Below are positions 53,757-64,000 of a stretch of DNA of 64,000 bases, one piece after another; the stretch's first letter is position 1; each line of letters starts with the position of its first letter. The stretch is taken from assembly GCA_964016885.1 (NCBI GenBank), contig OZ024746.1, forward strand, positions 7,006,001 to 7,070,000, read 5' to 3'. Source of the DNA: Eledone cirrhosa (taxonomy: Eukaryota). The position numbers were made by a program, and so were the translations under genes. The notes under the pieces were generated by a model. That model did no database searches. It saw nothing but the letters and a program-made list of their open reading frames with translations, and was not told the DNA's origin.

Positions 53757-54254
53757 AAGGTATATATTGAGTTAGGAACTCAAAATAGTCTCTTACAACA
53801 AAATAGCTCTAAGAAAGAGGAGCCGTATATTATAATAGAAAATAAAAGAAAAACGAACAGACATATACATATATGTGTTCAAATGGTAATGGACCTGATT
53901 CGCTAAGGTCAAATGAATACTAACTATAGACAATTGGGTTTGCTTGTCTCAATTTAAGAAAAAATTAAGAAAATAAATACAAACCGGAATTGTGGTAACT
54001 ACCAATCACCCAGACAACTTGGTGTTTCGCAAAGTTAATTGCGAATAGAAATACCAATCCAAGCTCATCAGTGGGTGATGAATTAGTACCCTAGACACAT
54101 CTAAGTATGCTATATATAAAATAGCACACATTGAGACAAGCAAACCCAATTGTCTATAGTTAGTATTCTTTTCACCTTAGCGAATCAGGTCCCTTACGAT
54201 TTGAACACATATATCTATATAGCTGTGTTCGCTTTTCTTTTATATTCTATTATA
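53757..54254 (-). mobile_element. Penelope-like element terminus (inverted pLTR, hammerhead, tail) in (TA)n
   Basis: about 123-bp inverted arms 53831-53953 and 54130-54254; hammerhead in the spacer; unpaired tail 53757-53830. Confidence 0.7.
54005..54079 (-). ncRNA. Type I hammerhead ribozyme motif
   Basis: atcaccca-CTGATGA-gc...gc-GAAACA-ccaagt-TGTC-tgggtgat: perfect 8-bp stem I, 3-bp stem III, GUC site. Confidence 0.85.
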
Positions 54255-54490
54255 AATATATATATATATATATATCATGATCATCGTTTAATGTCCATCT
54301 TCCACGCTAGCATGGGTTAGACGGGAGTTGTGCCACATATATATTTATATATAAATATATATATATATAAATATATATATATAAATAAATATATATATAT
54401 AAATATATATAGGAATGTCATTCCTATACCTGGTAAATCTGAATTCACCAAACTTCTTATAAATATATATATATATATATGTATAAATAT

Positions 54491-54521
<31 letters not shown>

Positions 54522-54584
54522 AATATGTCCCACCCTTGCAAGCAGGGAAAAGCGGACGTAAAATGATGATGATGATGATGATGA

Positions 54585-54634
<50 letters not shown>

Positions 54635-54707
54635 TATATAAATATATATATATATATATAAATATATATAAATATATATATATATATATAAATATATATA
54701 AATATAT

Positions 54708-54744
<37 letters not shown>

Positions 54745-54773
54745 AATATATATATAAATATATATATATATAA

Positions 54774-54824
<51 letters not shown>

Positions 54825-54840
54825 TATATATATAAATATA

Positions 54841-55055
54841 GTAATAATAATAAATTTGAAGACTAAAATTCAAAGAGGGCTCGATAAGGATAAATATATA
54901 TCAAATATATGAGAACCGTAGAGCAAATATTTATTAAAATAACAGATTAAAGTTTAAGCAAAGAATCGCTGCTTTCACCCTTAACGGGATCTAGAAGATC
55001 CCGTTAAGGGTGAAAGCAGCGATTCTTTGCTTAAACTTTAATCTGTTATTTTAAT
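54841..55055 (-). mobile_element. Fold-back insert with partial hammerhead
   Basis: perfect 60-bp arms 54933-54992 and 54996-55055; contains GA-tccc gttaa gggt-GAAAGCA...TGCTT; tail on the left. Confidence 0.6.
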
Positions 55056-55142
55056 ATATATATATAATATAGATGAGATTCTACAGGACTAGAACTGTTT
55101 CATTCTTTAGAAATCATCCTCCGATTCAACCCGGAATAACAT

Positions 55143-55197
<55 letters not shown>

Positions 55198-55249
55198 AAT
55201 ATATATATAAATATATATATAAATATATATATAAATAAATATATAAATA

Positions 55250-55283
<34 letters not shown>

Positions 55284-55727
55284 AATAAATATATATATAT
55301 AAATATATATATATAAATAAATATATATATATAAATATATATATATAAATATATATATATGTATATATATATAAATATATATATAAATAAATATATATAT
55401 ATAAATATATATAAATAAATATATATAAATAAATATATATATATAAATATATATATATGTATATATATATAAATATATATATATGTATATATATATAAAT
55501 ATATATATATATATAAATATATATATATAAATATATATAAATAAATATATATATAAATATATATATATATATAAATATATATATATATAAATATATATAT
55601 ATAAATATATATATATATAAATATATATATATAAATATATATATATATAAATATAAATGTATATATATATATATATATATATAAATATATATATATATAA
55701 ATATATATAAATATAAATATATATATA

Positions 55728-55759
<32 letters not shown>

Positions 55760-55800
55760 AATATATATAAATATAAATATAAATATATATATATATAAAT

Positions 55801-56108
55801 ATTGTTATACTTTGGGAGGGTCATGTTGCCAATAAGAAACACACGCACCAGTTGCTTTCACTTCAATTTATTATAATAAATTTATAATAAATTTATAAAT
55901 TTCTGGTTGGTTGGTTGGTTCCACAACCAGATAGTTGTTTATATGGAACCAACCAACCAACCAGAAATTTATTATAATAAATTGAAGTGAAAGCAACTGG
56001 TGCGAGTGTTTATTTATTGGCAACATGACCCTCCCAAAGTATAACAATATCGGTTTCAACACACGATTTCAGATAAAGAATCTTGCTAAACAAATTCAGA
56101 AACGAAAT
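55801..56108 (+). mobile_element. Fold-back insert with tail in (TA)n
   Basis: arms 55801-55923 and 55944-56048; tail 56049-56108. Confidence 0.55.
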
Positions 56109-56388
56109 ATATATATATGTGTTGTTTCCTTGAGCAAGACACTTTATTTCACATTGCTCCAGTTTACTCAGCTGTAGAAATGAGATGATAGGGACTGGGG
56201 TCCATATCATTGCACTGCAAAGTGGTCGTGGAGGTGCCACGGCAAAAAAGCACCCAGCACTCACTGTAAATGAGTTTGGTGTTAGGAAGGGCATCCAGCT
56301 GTAGAAATCAAGCCAGAATCAGTTCCCGTCCCACCCTTGCAAGCAGGGAAAAAGCGGACGTAAAATGAAATGATGATGAAATGATATA

Positions 56389-56420
<32 letters not shown>

Positions 56421-56424
56421 AATA

Positions 56425-56512
<88 letters not shown>

Positions 56513-56530
56513 AATATATATATATATTAG

Positions 56531-56733
56531 AAAGTGAGGTTTTTTTTTACAAAATGAAAAATAACCGAGGTGTCCTACACGAGTGAAAGTATAAAGAAAG
56601 AGATGAAATCGAAAATGCAACTGGAGTCTTATTTTTTTTTTAAATATATATATTTATTTGGTTCCTTTACCAAATAAATATATATATTTTTAAAAATAAG
56701 ACTCCAGTTGCATTTTCGATTTCATCTCTTTTT

Positions 56734-56740
<7 letters not shown>
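56531..56740 (-). mobile_element. Fold-back insert with tail in (TA)n
   Basis: arms about 56590-56662 and 56669-56740; tail 56531-56589. Confidence 0.55.
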
Positions 56741-56790
<50 letters not shown>

Positions 56791-56829
56791 TATATAAATA
56801 AATATATATAAATAAATATATATAAATAA

Positions 56830-56860
<31 letters not shown>

Positions 56861-56910
56861 AATATATATATAAATATATATATATATAAATATATATATA
56901 TATAAATATA

Positions 56911-57262
56911 TGGAAAGTTATATTTAAAATTGTTGGGTTACAACTAGTAAATATTTATAACTGATATAAAAGCACTCGACAAATATTTGGAGTATATTTA
57001 CAATATTAAATAAATGGAAACTATATTTATAAAACCATATTTATTTCATTATATATATTAACATCGACTTGCATTTGAAGAGGTTGACTTCAAATGCAAG
57101 TCGATGTTGTTACGGTATGTCGAATCTATTTATCTATAAAACTGTTTATATTGTATTTTGTCTGAGGAAGGCATAGCATATTGTTAATATGATATCCCTG
57201 AAATATATATAATGAAATAAATATGGTTTTATAAATATAGTTTCCATTTATTTAATATTGTA
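56911..57262. mobile_element. Nested fold-back insert with hammerhead
   Basis: outer arms 56999-57059 and 57202-57262; inner arms 57060-57080 and 57088-57108; tail 56911-56998, whose left end recurs at 57557-57598. Confidence 0.65.
57154..57219 (+). ncRNA. Minimal type I hammerhead ribozyme motif with palindromic loop 3
   Basis: tattttgt-CTGAGGA-agg...cct-GAAAT-atat-ATA-atgaaata: 8-bp stem I (2 G-U), extended stem II, AUA site. Confidence 0.8.
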
Positions 57263-57297
57263 TATATAAATATATATATTTTTAATATATATATATA

Positions 57298-57490
57298 TAT
57301 AGATGAGATTTTACAGGACTAGAACTGTTTCATTCATTAGAAATCATCAGAGATCTGAGATTCCTGATGATTTCTAATGAATGAAACAGTTCTAGTCCTG
57401 TAGAATCTCATCTATATTAAAACTGTTATACTCTGCTATGTATTGAGTACCTTACTTACTGTGGTTACCTCCGATTCAACCCGGAATAAC
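57298..57490 (+). mobile_element. Fold-back insert with hammerhead and tail; shorter copy of the same family at 55067-55140
   Basis: arms about 57298-57350 and 57364-57416; tail ending CCTCCGATTCAACCCGGAATAAC in both copies. Confidence 0.7.
57356..57410 (+). ncRNA. Type I hammerhead ribozyme motif, with an inverted copy at about 57303-57356 (minus)
   Basis: tgagattc-CTGATGA-tttctaatgaat-GAAACAG-ttctagtc-CTGTA-gaatctca: perfect 8-bp stem I, 4-bp stem III, GUA site; stem II opens with a U-U mismatch. Confidence 0.8.
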
Positions 57491-57648
57491 GTAAATATAT
57501 ATATATATATATATATAAATATATATATATAAATATATAAATATATATATATATGTAAAGTTATATTTAAAATTGTTGGGTTACAACTAGTAAATATTGT
57601 AATATTGTTAATATTGTAATATTGTAAATATATATATATATATATATA

Positions 57649-57682
<34 letters not shown>

Positions 57683-57697
57683 AATATATATATATAA

Positions 57698-57738
<41 letters not shown>

Positions 57739-57758
57739 TATATATAAATATATATATA

Positions 57759-57818
<60 letters not shown>

Positions 57819-57903
57819 AATATAAATATAAATGTATATATATATATATAAATATAAATATAAATGTATATATATATATATATATAAATATATATAAATA
57901 TAA

Positions 57904-57954
<51 letters not shown>

Positions 57955-58161
57955 TAAATATATATATATAAATATAAATATATATATATATAATTATATA
58001 TAAATATAAATATATATATATATAAATATATATATATATAAATATATATAAATATAAATATAAATATATATATATATAAATATATATAAATATAAATATA
58101 TATATATATAAATTTATATAAATATAAATATATATATATATAAATATATATAAATATAAAT

Positions 58162-58210
<49 letters not shown>

Positions 58211-58348
58211 AATATATATATATAAATATAAATATATACATATATATATAAATATATACATATATATATATACATATAAATATATACATATAAATATATA
58301 CATATAAATATATATATATAAATATATATATATAAATATATATATATA

Positions 58349-58397
<49 letters not shown>

Positions 58398-58420
58398 TAT
58401 ATATAAATATATATATATAA

Positions 58421-58457
<37 letters not shown>

Positions 58458-58488
58458 AATATATATATATATAAATATATATATAAAT

Positions 58489-58587
<99 letters not shown>

Positions 58588-58588
58588 A

Positions 58589-58649
<61 letters not shown>

Positions 58650-58650
58650 A

Positions 58651-58743
<93 letters not shown>

Positions 58744-58753
58744 TATTTATATA

Positions 58754-58789
<36 letters not shown>

Positions 58790-58820
58790 TATATATATAT
58801 AAATATATATAAATATATAT

Positions 58821-58853
<33 letters not shown>

Positions 58854-58861
58854 AATATAAA

Positions 58862-60650
58862 TGTGTCCGGGATGATGCCGGTGTACTTAGTGTCACGAAT
58901 GATCAGAAAAAGGAGGCCTGGAAATGTCATTATGAGAGACTGATGAATGTGGAGTACGAATGGGAGAGAGAGAAATTACCCTCAGTAGATCCGACAGAGG
59001 GACCAGCTATTGAGATTGACGAATATAGGGTCCAAGAGGCGATTAAGGAAATGAAAAATGGTAAGGCGGCCGGACCATCGGGAATAGTTGCTGAGATGCT
59101 GCATCAATATATGGTGGTGTCATACCCAAAGACTGGTGCAGCAGTATTCTCATAAATTGCTACAAAGGTAAAGGGGATGCTTTGGAGAGGAGCAATTATA
59201 GGGGTATAAAACTGATAGATCAGGTTATGAAAGTGGCAGAAAGGATTTTAGCACAACTAATTAGAGAAAGGGTCAAACTAGATGAGATGCAGTTTGGTTT
59301 TGTGCCTGGGAAGAGTACAACAGATGCCCTCTTCTTGGTGAGACAAATGCAAGAGAGGTTCTTAGAGAAGAATAAGCCACTATACTTAGCCTTTGTTGAC
59401 CTAGAGAAGGCCTTTGATAGGGTACCCCGATCTGTCATCTGGTGGTCCCTAAGGAAGCTAGGTGTTGAGGAATGGCTTGTGAGGACAGTGCAAACTTTGT
59501 ACAGAGGTACTCTCAGTAAAGTCAGGGTAGGAATGGAGTTTAGTGAGGAATTCCAGATACAAGTAGGAGTACATCAGGGTTCAGTCCTCAGCCCGCTCTT
59601 GTTCATTATAGTCCTCCAAGCCATAACAGAGGAGTTTAAGACTGGCTGTCCATGGGAACTTCTCTATGCTGACGATCTGGTTCTTATAGCAGAATCAGTA
59701 GAGGAGCTAAAGAATAAATTCTGGCTATGGAAACAGCAGTTGGAAGCAAGAGGACTGAGAATGAATCTAGCTAAGACAAAAGTGTTGATGAGTAGAAAAG
59801 AGGACAAAACCCTGATTCCGTCAGGGAAATGGCCATGTTCGATATGCAGAAAAGGAACTGGCATAAATTCTATAAAATGCACACAATGCAGATCCTGGGT
59901 ACACAAGAGATGTAGCGGGATAGCAGGCAAACTAAGAGGTAGGGAGAAATATGTATGCAGTAGATGTACAGGGAAATTAGACAGTAGAAGTCGCACTGAT
60001 AGAAACACTTTTCAAATGCAAGAGGGCGCTATAGAAGTGGTGGATAGCTTCCGGTACCTAGGAGATCAGATTAGCATGGGAGGAGGGTGTTCCGAGGCCA
60101 TAGTATCTAGAATAAGGACGGGTTGGAAGAAGTTTAGGGAGCTGCTTCCTCTGTTGACGAAGAAGGGTTTCTCCCTGCGTACGAAAGGCCGGTTGTATGA
60201 TGCCTGTGTGAGGAGCGTGATGCTGCATGGTAGTGAGACTTGGGCAGCAACTGCAGAGGATATGCGACGGCTGGAGAGAAATGAGGCAAACATGCTCCGT
60301 TGGATGTGCAATGTCAATGTGTGTGAACGACCCAGCATGAATGTGTTGAGAGAGAAACTGTGTCTGAGAGGGATAGAATGTAGTGTGCGAGGGAGGAGAC
60401 TGAGGTATTATGGACATGTGATGCGCATGGAGAATGACCGATGGGAGAAGAAATGCCAGTTGAAGGAAGACGTGGTAGAAGTAGACCACGAAAAACATGG
60501 GCGAAGGTGGTGAGAACAGACCTCAGATCGCTGAAGCTCACGGTGGAGATGACAAAGGACTGTGACGAGTGGAGAGATGCTGTGCTGAATAAGACCCGTC
60601 ACACCCTTGTAAGCAGGAAAAAGCGGACGTAAAATGATGATGATGATGAT
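58862..60650 (+). mobile_element. RTE LINE 5'-truncated copy (subfamily C)
   Basis: ORFs 58943-59155 and 59182-60513 with RT and PHD; short 3' UTR and (TGA)n tail. Confidence 0.94.
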
Positions 60651-60691
60651 ATATATATATAAATATATAGATATATATATATATATATATA

Positions 60692-60982
60692 TCATCATCA
60701 TCACCATTTTTACGTCCGTTCTTTCACGCTAGCATGGGTTAGACGGGTTGTCCTGTTGTGGGCAGTGTCCGGTTGGCTGACCATGCCTTGCTCATATGGG
60801 AACTGATTCTGGCTTGATTTCTACAGCTGGATGCCCTTCCTAACACCAACCTCATTTACAGTGGGAGGGTGTGGCGGCACATTGTCTATATGCTTCAGCT
60901 TCGGCTTGTACCCATGGGGGTCGGGTCTTCTGTATTACTGCGTGACGCCAGAGGTCACGGTCGTGTGCCATCACCTTTGAGA
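60692..60982 (-). mobile_element. RTE subfamily A-type 3' end fragment
   Basis: matches the reverse complement of 20270-20640 with an internal deletion. Confidence 0.85.
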
Positions 60983-61020
60983 TATATATATATATAAATA
61001 TATGAATAAATATATATATA

Positions 61021-61771
61021 TACAATAATAATAAAATATGGAGAAGGAGCACACGAGTTGGAATATATATATATATATATATATGAAAATAGGGAGAAAA
61101 AAGATGATTATTAGGAAGAAAAAATTTTTTTTTCTTTTTCTGGGTTAGAAAATGTTTAAAACAAAATATTTTACTTTGTGTGAAGTGTTAAGGTATTAGT
61201 TAATTTATTTATTAATTAACAATCGCATTTATTTATTTATATATTTAATAATTGTCTATTACCGGTCTCAGCATTTTATGCATTATCAACGGGGGAAATA
61301 TGTATCGGTGTAAAATGGTGATGTTGAACATGTTAAGGAAATGGTGCAGAAAGAATAATGTTATTTACAAACAAGGTTTATGAAGTGAAAAGAAAAAAGA
61401 AAAAAAAAGGGGGAGTAATGTGGAACATGATACGGTAATGGGAAAGAAAAAATAATATTATTTACAGGCATAGTTATTGAAGATAAGCAGATCAAAACTG
61501 TGTTATTATGGCAAGAGTGCTTAGTTGATCCAATGATGGAGACAAAAATTCCCCCCTTTGATAATGCATAAAATGCTGAAACCTGTAATAGACAATTATT
61601 AAATATATAAATAAATAAATAAATGCCAGTGTTAATTAATAAATAAATTAACTAATACCTTAACACAGTAAAATATTTTGTTTTAAACATTTTCTAACCC
61701 AGAAAAAAAATAAAAGATAAAAGGGAAAAAAATATATTTTTCTTCCTAATAATCGTCTTTTTCTCCCTATT

Positions 61772-61774
<3 letters not shown>
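61021..61774 (-). mobile_element. Large fold-back insert with hammerhead 3' half
   Basis: about 215-bp arms 61085-61298 and 61549-61774; arm consensus GAAACCGGTA has a palindromic stem-loop III. Confidence 0.6.
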
Positions 61775-61852
<78 letters not shown>

Positions 61853-62089
61853 TCTCTTGTAGATAAATATACTCTTATATAACATTTGGATTGTCAGAAT
61901 GAAAAAAACATTTTTATTTGAACATTTTCTATGAACAGGTATAGAATGTCAACATAAGAGAGAATACTGTTAATTTTTCTTTCTTTACTTATGGAAAGAG
62001 AGAGGGGGAGAGGGACTGTTTTTTGATTAAAAAAAAGAAGGAAAAAAGGTATATTAATGTTGATTATATACATTGTCTGAGTGAAATAA

Positions 62090-62220
62090 CACATTGGAGG
62101 CACACAGTGGTCCTTCAATGACACATTGGAGGAGTCACACAGTTGTCCTTCAATGACACATTGGAGGCACACGTCCTTCAATGACCCATTGGAGGCACAC
62201 AGTGGTCCTTCAATGACCCT
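62090..62220. repeat. Minisatellite, about 32 bp x4
   Basis: ACACATTGGAGGCACACAGTGGTCCTTCAATG. Confidence 0.85.
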
Positions 62221-63061
62221 AGAAATCTAAGTGTTAACTATTAGATTTATTATATATTTTTTCATGGAACTTCTAAACAACTCCCAAACCACTAACCAAA
62301 TATAATTATATTTCTATATCTGACTGTTGTGTTAATAATAAAGACATTTTTTCCAATTTTCTCCACATTAAATACAATACAAACCATTGCAATAAAATTC
62401 CAAGATGACATTGAAATTTTTCATTTTACTGCGATTTCTAATCAAATATATCAACTGGCCTTTATTTCTTCATTTTTTAAATTGTTATTATTCTGTTATA
62501 AACAAAATGTCCTATTCATACATACAATCATACATACATATATATATATATACACACACAATCAGAGAAGCCCCGCATTCATTCTCATATAAACCAGATC
62601 TGGGCAGTATAGCAGTATATTCTAACTTATCCAGTTTAATGTAAAATGATTTCAGCTCAAACAAATTAAAGTTATTGCTGTAATCCATACAATGGTTCCA
62701 TTAAATACAAAAAAAAAAAAACAATAATAATAATGATTGCTTACTGAAACAAGTGAATTTTAAAAGTTTTTAAAACTTAGAAAAAATAGTGGAAATACAA
62801 AATAATCTAAATATTTAAAAAAATGGGGATTTTTTTGTGATTTTTTTTTTGTTTTTTTTTAGCAGAGATGTAGACGTTAAAAGCAGATTATTTCCCAAGT
62901 GACAAATTATTCAGAAAAGTCTTCTATTCTTCAAGTATTTAAGTAACCAATTTCACTTTTGGAATAAAATACTGAAAAAGAAAGAAAAAAAAATAAAGAA
63001 AAAAGGTAAGAAAAATAAAAAACATCCTCAAATTTTTATATTATATTTTTAAATGAAAATA

Positions 63062-63703
63062 TGAGGGTCGACTGAAAAGTTCATAGGCTGACCAAGATAC
63101 TCTCATGGAATGACCAAATGTGGTTTAGTTTTCAACATAGTCCCTAGAAAGAAACAATCATCATCATCATCGTTTAGGTTTAGATGGGAATTGTCCCACT
63201 TGAGGCAAGATTGGTTGTCTTGCTCGTATAGGACTGTCTGGCAGGTTTTCTACGGCTGGATGCGCTTCCTAACACCAACCATGTTTACAGTTATTAATAA
63301 GAATTGAAATGAATCATCATCAGTTTTACATCCATTCTTCCACGCTAGCATGGGTTAAACAAGTTGTCCTGTTGATGGCAATGCCAAGTCAGGTGACCAT
63401 GTCTTGCTCATAAAGAACTGATTTTGGCTGGGTTTCTACAGCTGGATGCCCTTCCTTACACCAACCTCATTTACAGTGTGGACTGGGTGCTTTTTATCGT
63501 GACACCTACACAACCACTTTATGGTGGGGAGGATACTGTCTATATGCTTCAGCTTCGGCTTGTACCCGTGGAAAGCAGGGTCTTCTGTATTACTGCGTAA
63601 CGCCTGAGGTCTCAGTCCTGTGTCATCGCCTTTGCATGCAAGATTTCACAGCCCTAGCATCACTCATTCATAGTCAGCCTATGAACTTTTCAGTTGAACC
63701 TTG
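63062..63703. mobile_element. Mariner-type MITE interrupted by two RTE 3' fragments; related tandem copy 29913-30227, fragments at 23178-23232 and 27826-27930
   Basis: TA|TGAGGGTCGACTGAAAAGTTCATAGGCTGAC ... GTCAGCCTATGAACTTTTCAGTTGAACCTTG|TA. Confidence 0.8.
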
Positions 63704-64000
63704 TAGATACATTTCAGTATACAGCATCAAAGTACCAAGGTCATTAGAGCATAGGACAAGATAACTTGTGGTATTTGTTCTGGTTCTCTGTAATCTGACT
63801 TCAAACCTCACCCTTTGGAGATCAATAAAATACAGTAGCAGTCCAGGCTGGTGGATTGAAGAGATTGTTAGAGCCTTAGATGAGGTGCCTTGTAGTATTT
63901 TATCCAGCCCTTTGCATTCAGAGTTTGTATCCCACTGTGACCTACTTGAATGGTTTAATCAGTCACCTGGTTTAATAGCCCCACCTGGCCATTAGTGGAG

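Noticed and set aside
55985-56010. GAAAGCA-actgg-TGC as a hammerhead half
   Set aside because: There is no CUGANGA upstream and no valid NUH triplet, so it is not called as a ribozyme.

Overview
AT-rich, repeat-dense eukaryotic DNA, most consistent with an octopod cephalopod. This is inferred from the metazoan CPSF1, the tRNA-SINE types, the RTE LINEs and the very long (TA)n tracts. Two spliced genes lie head-to-head. CPSF1 is on the minus strand (17 coding exons, about 648 codons, running off the left edge). A 13-exon gene of about 510 aa with two RRMs and one extended Tudor domain (TDRD10-like) is on the plus strand. Introns hold three subfamilies of RTE LINE with a PHD finger inside the RT, a full-length but frameshifted DD37D/maT transposon, mariner- and piggyBac-type MITEs, SINEs, and many minisatellites, several derived from TEs. 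The standout is the (TA)n desert at 51.8-61.8 kb plus one intronic site at 37.7 kb. These contain at least 8 mostly unrelated short inserts with a shared fold-back inverted repeat plus unpaired tail architecture. Four carry complete type I hammerhead ribozyme motifs and three more carry partial motifs. This fits termini of microsatellite-targeting Penelope-like retroelements or retrozyme-like elements. All coordinates were read by eye and may be off by a few bases for repeats.
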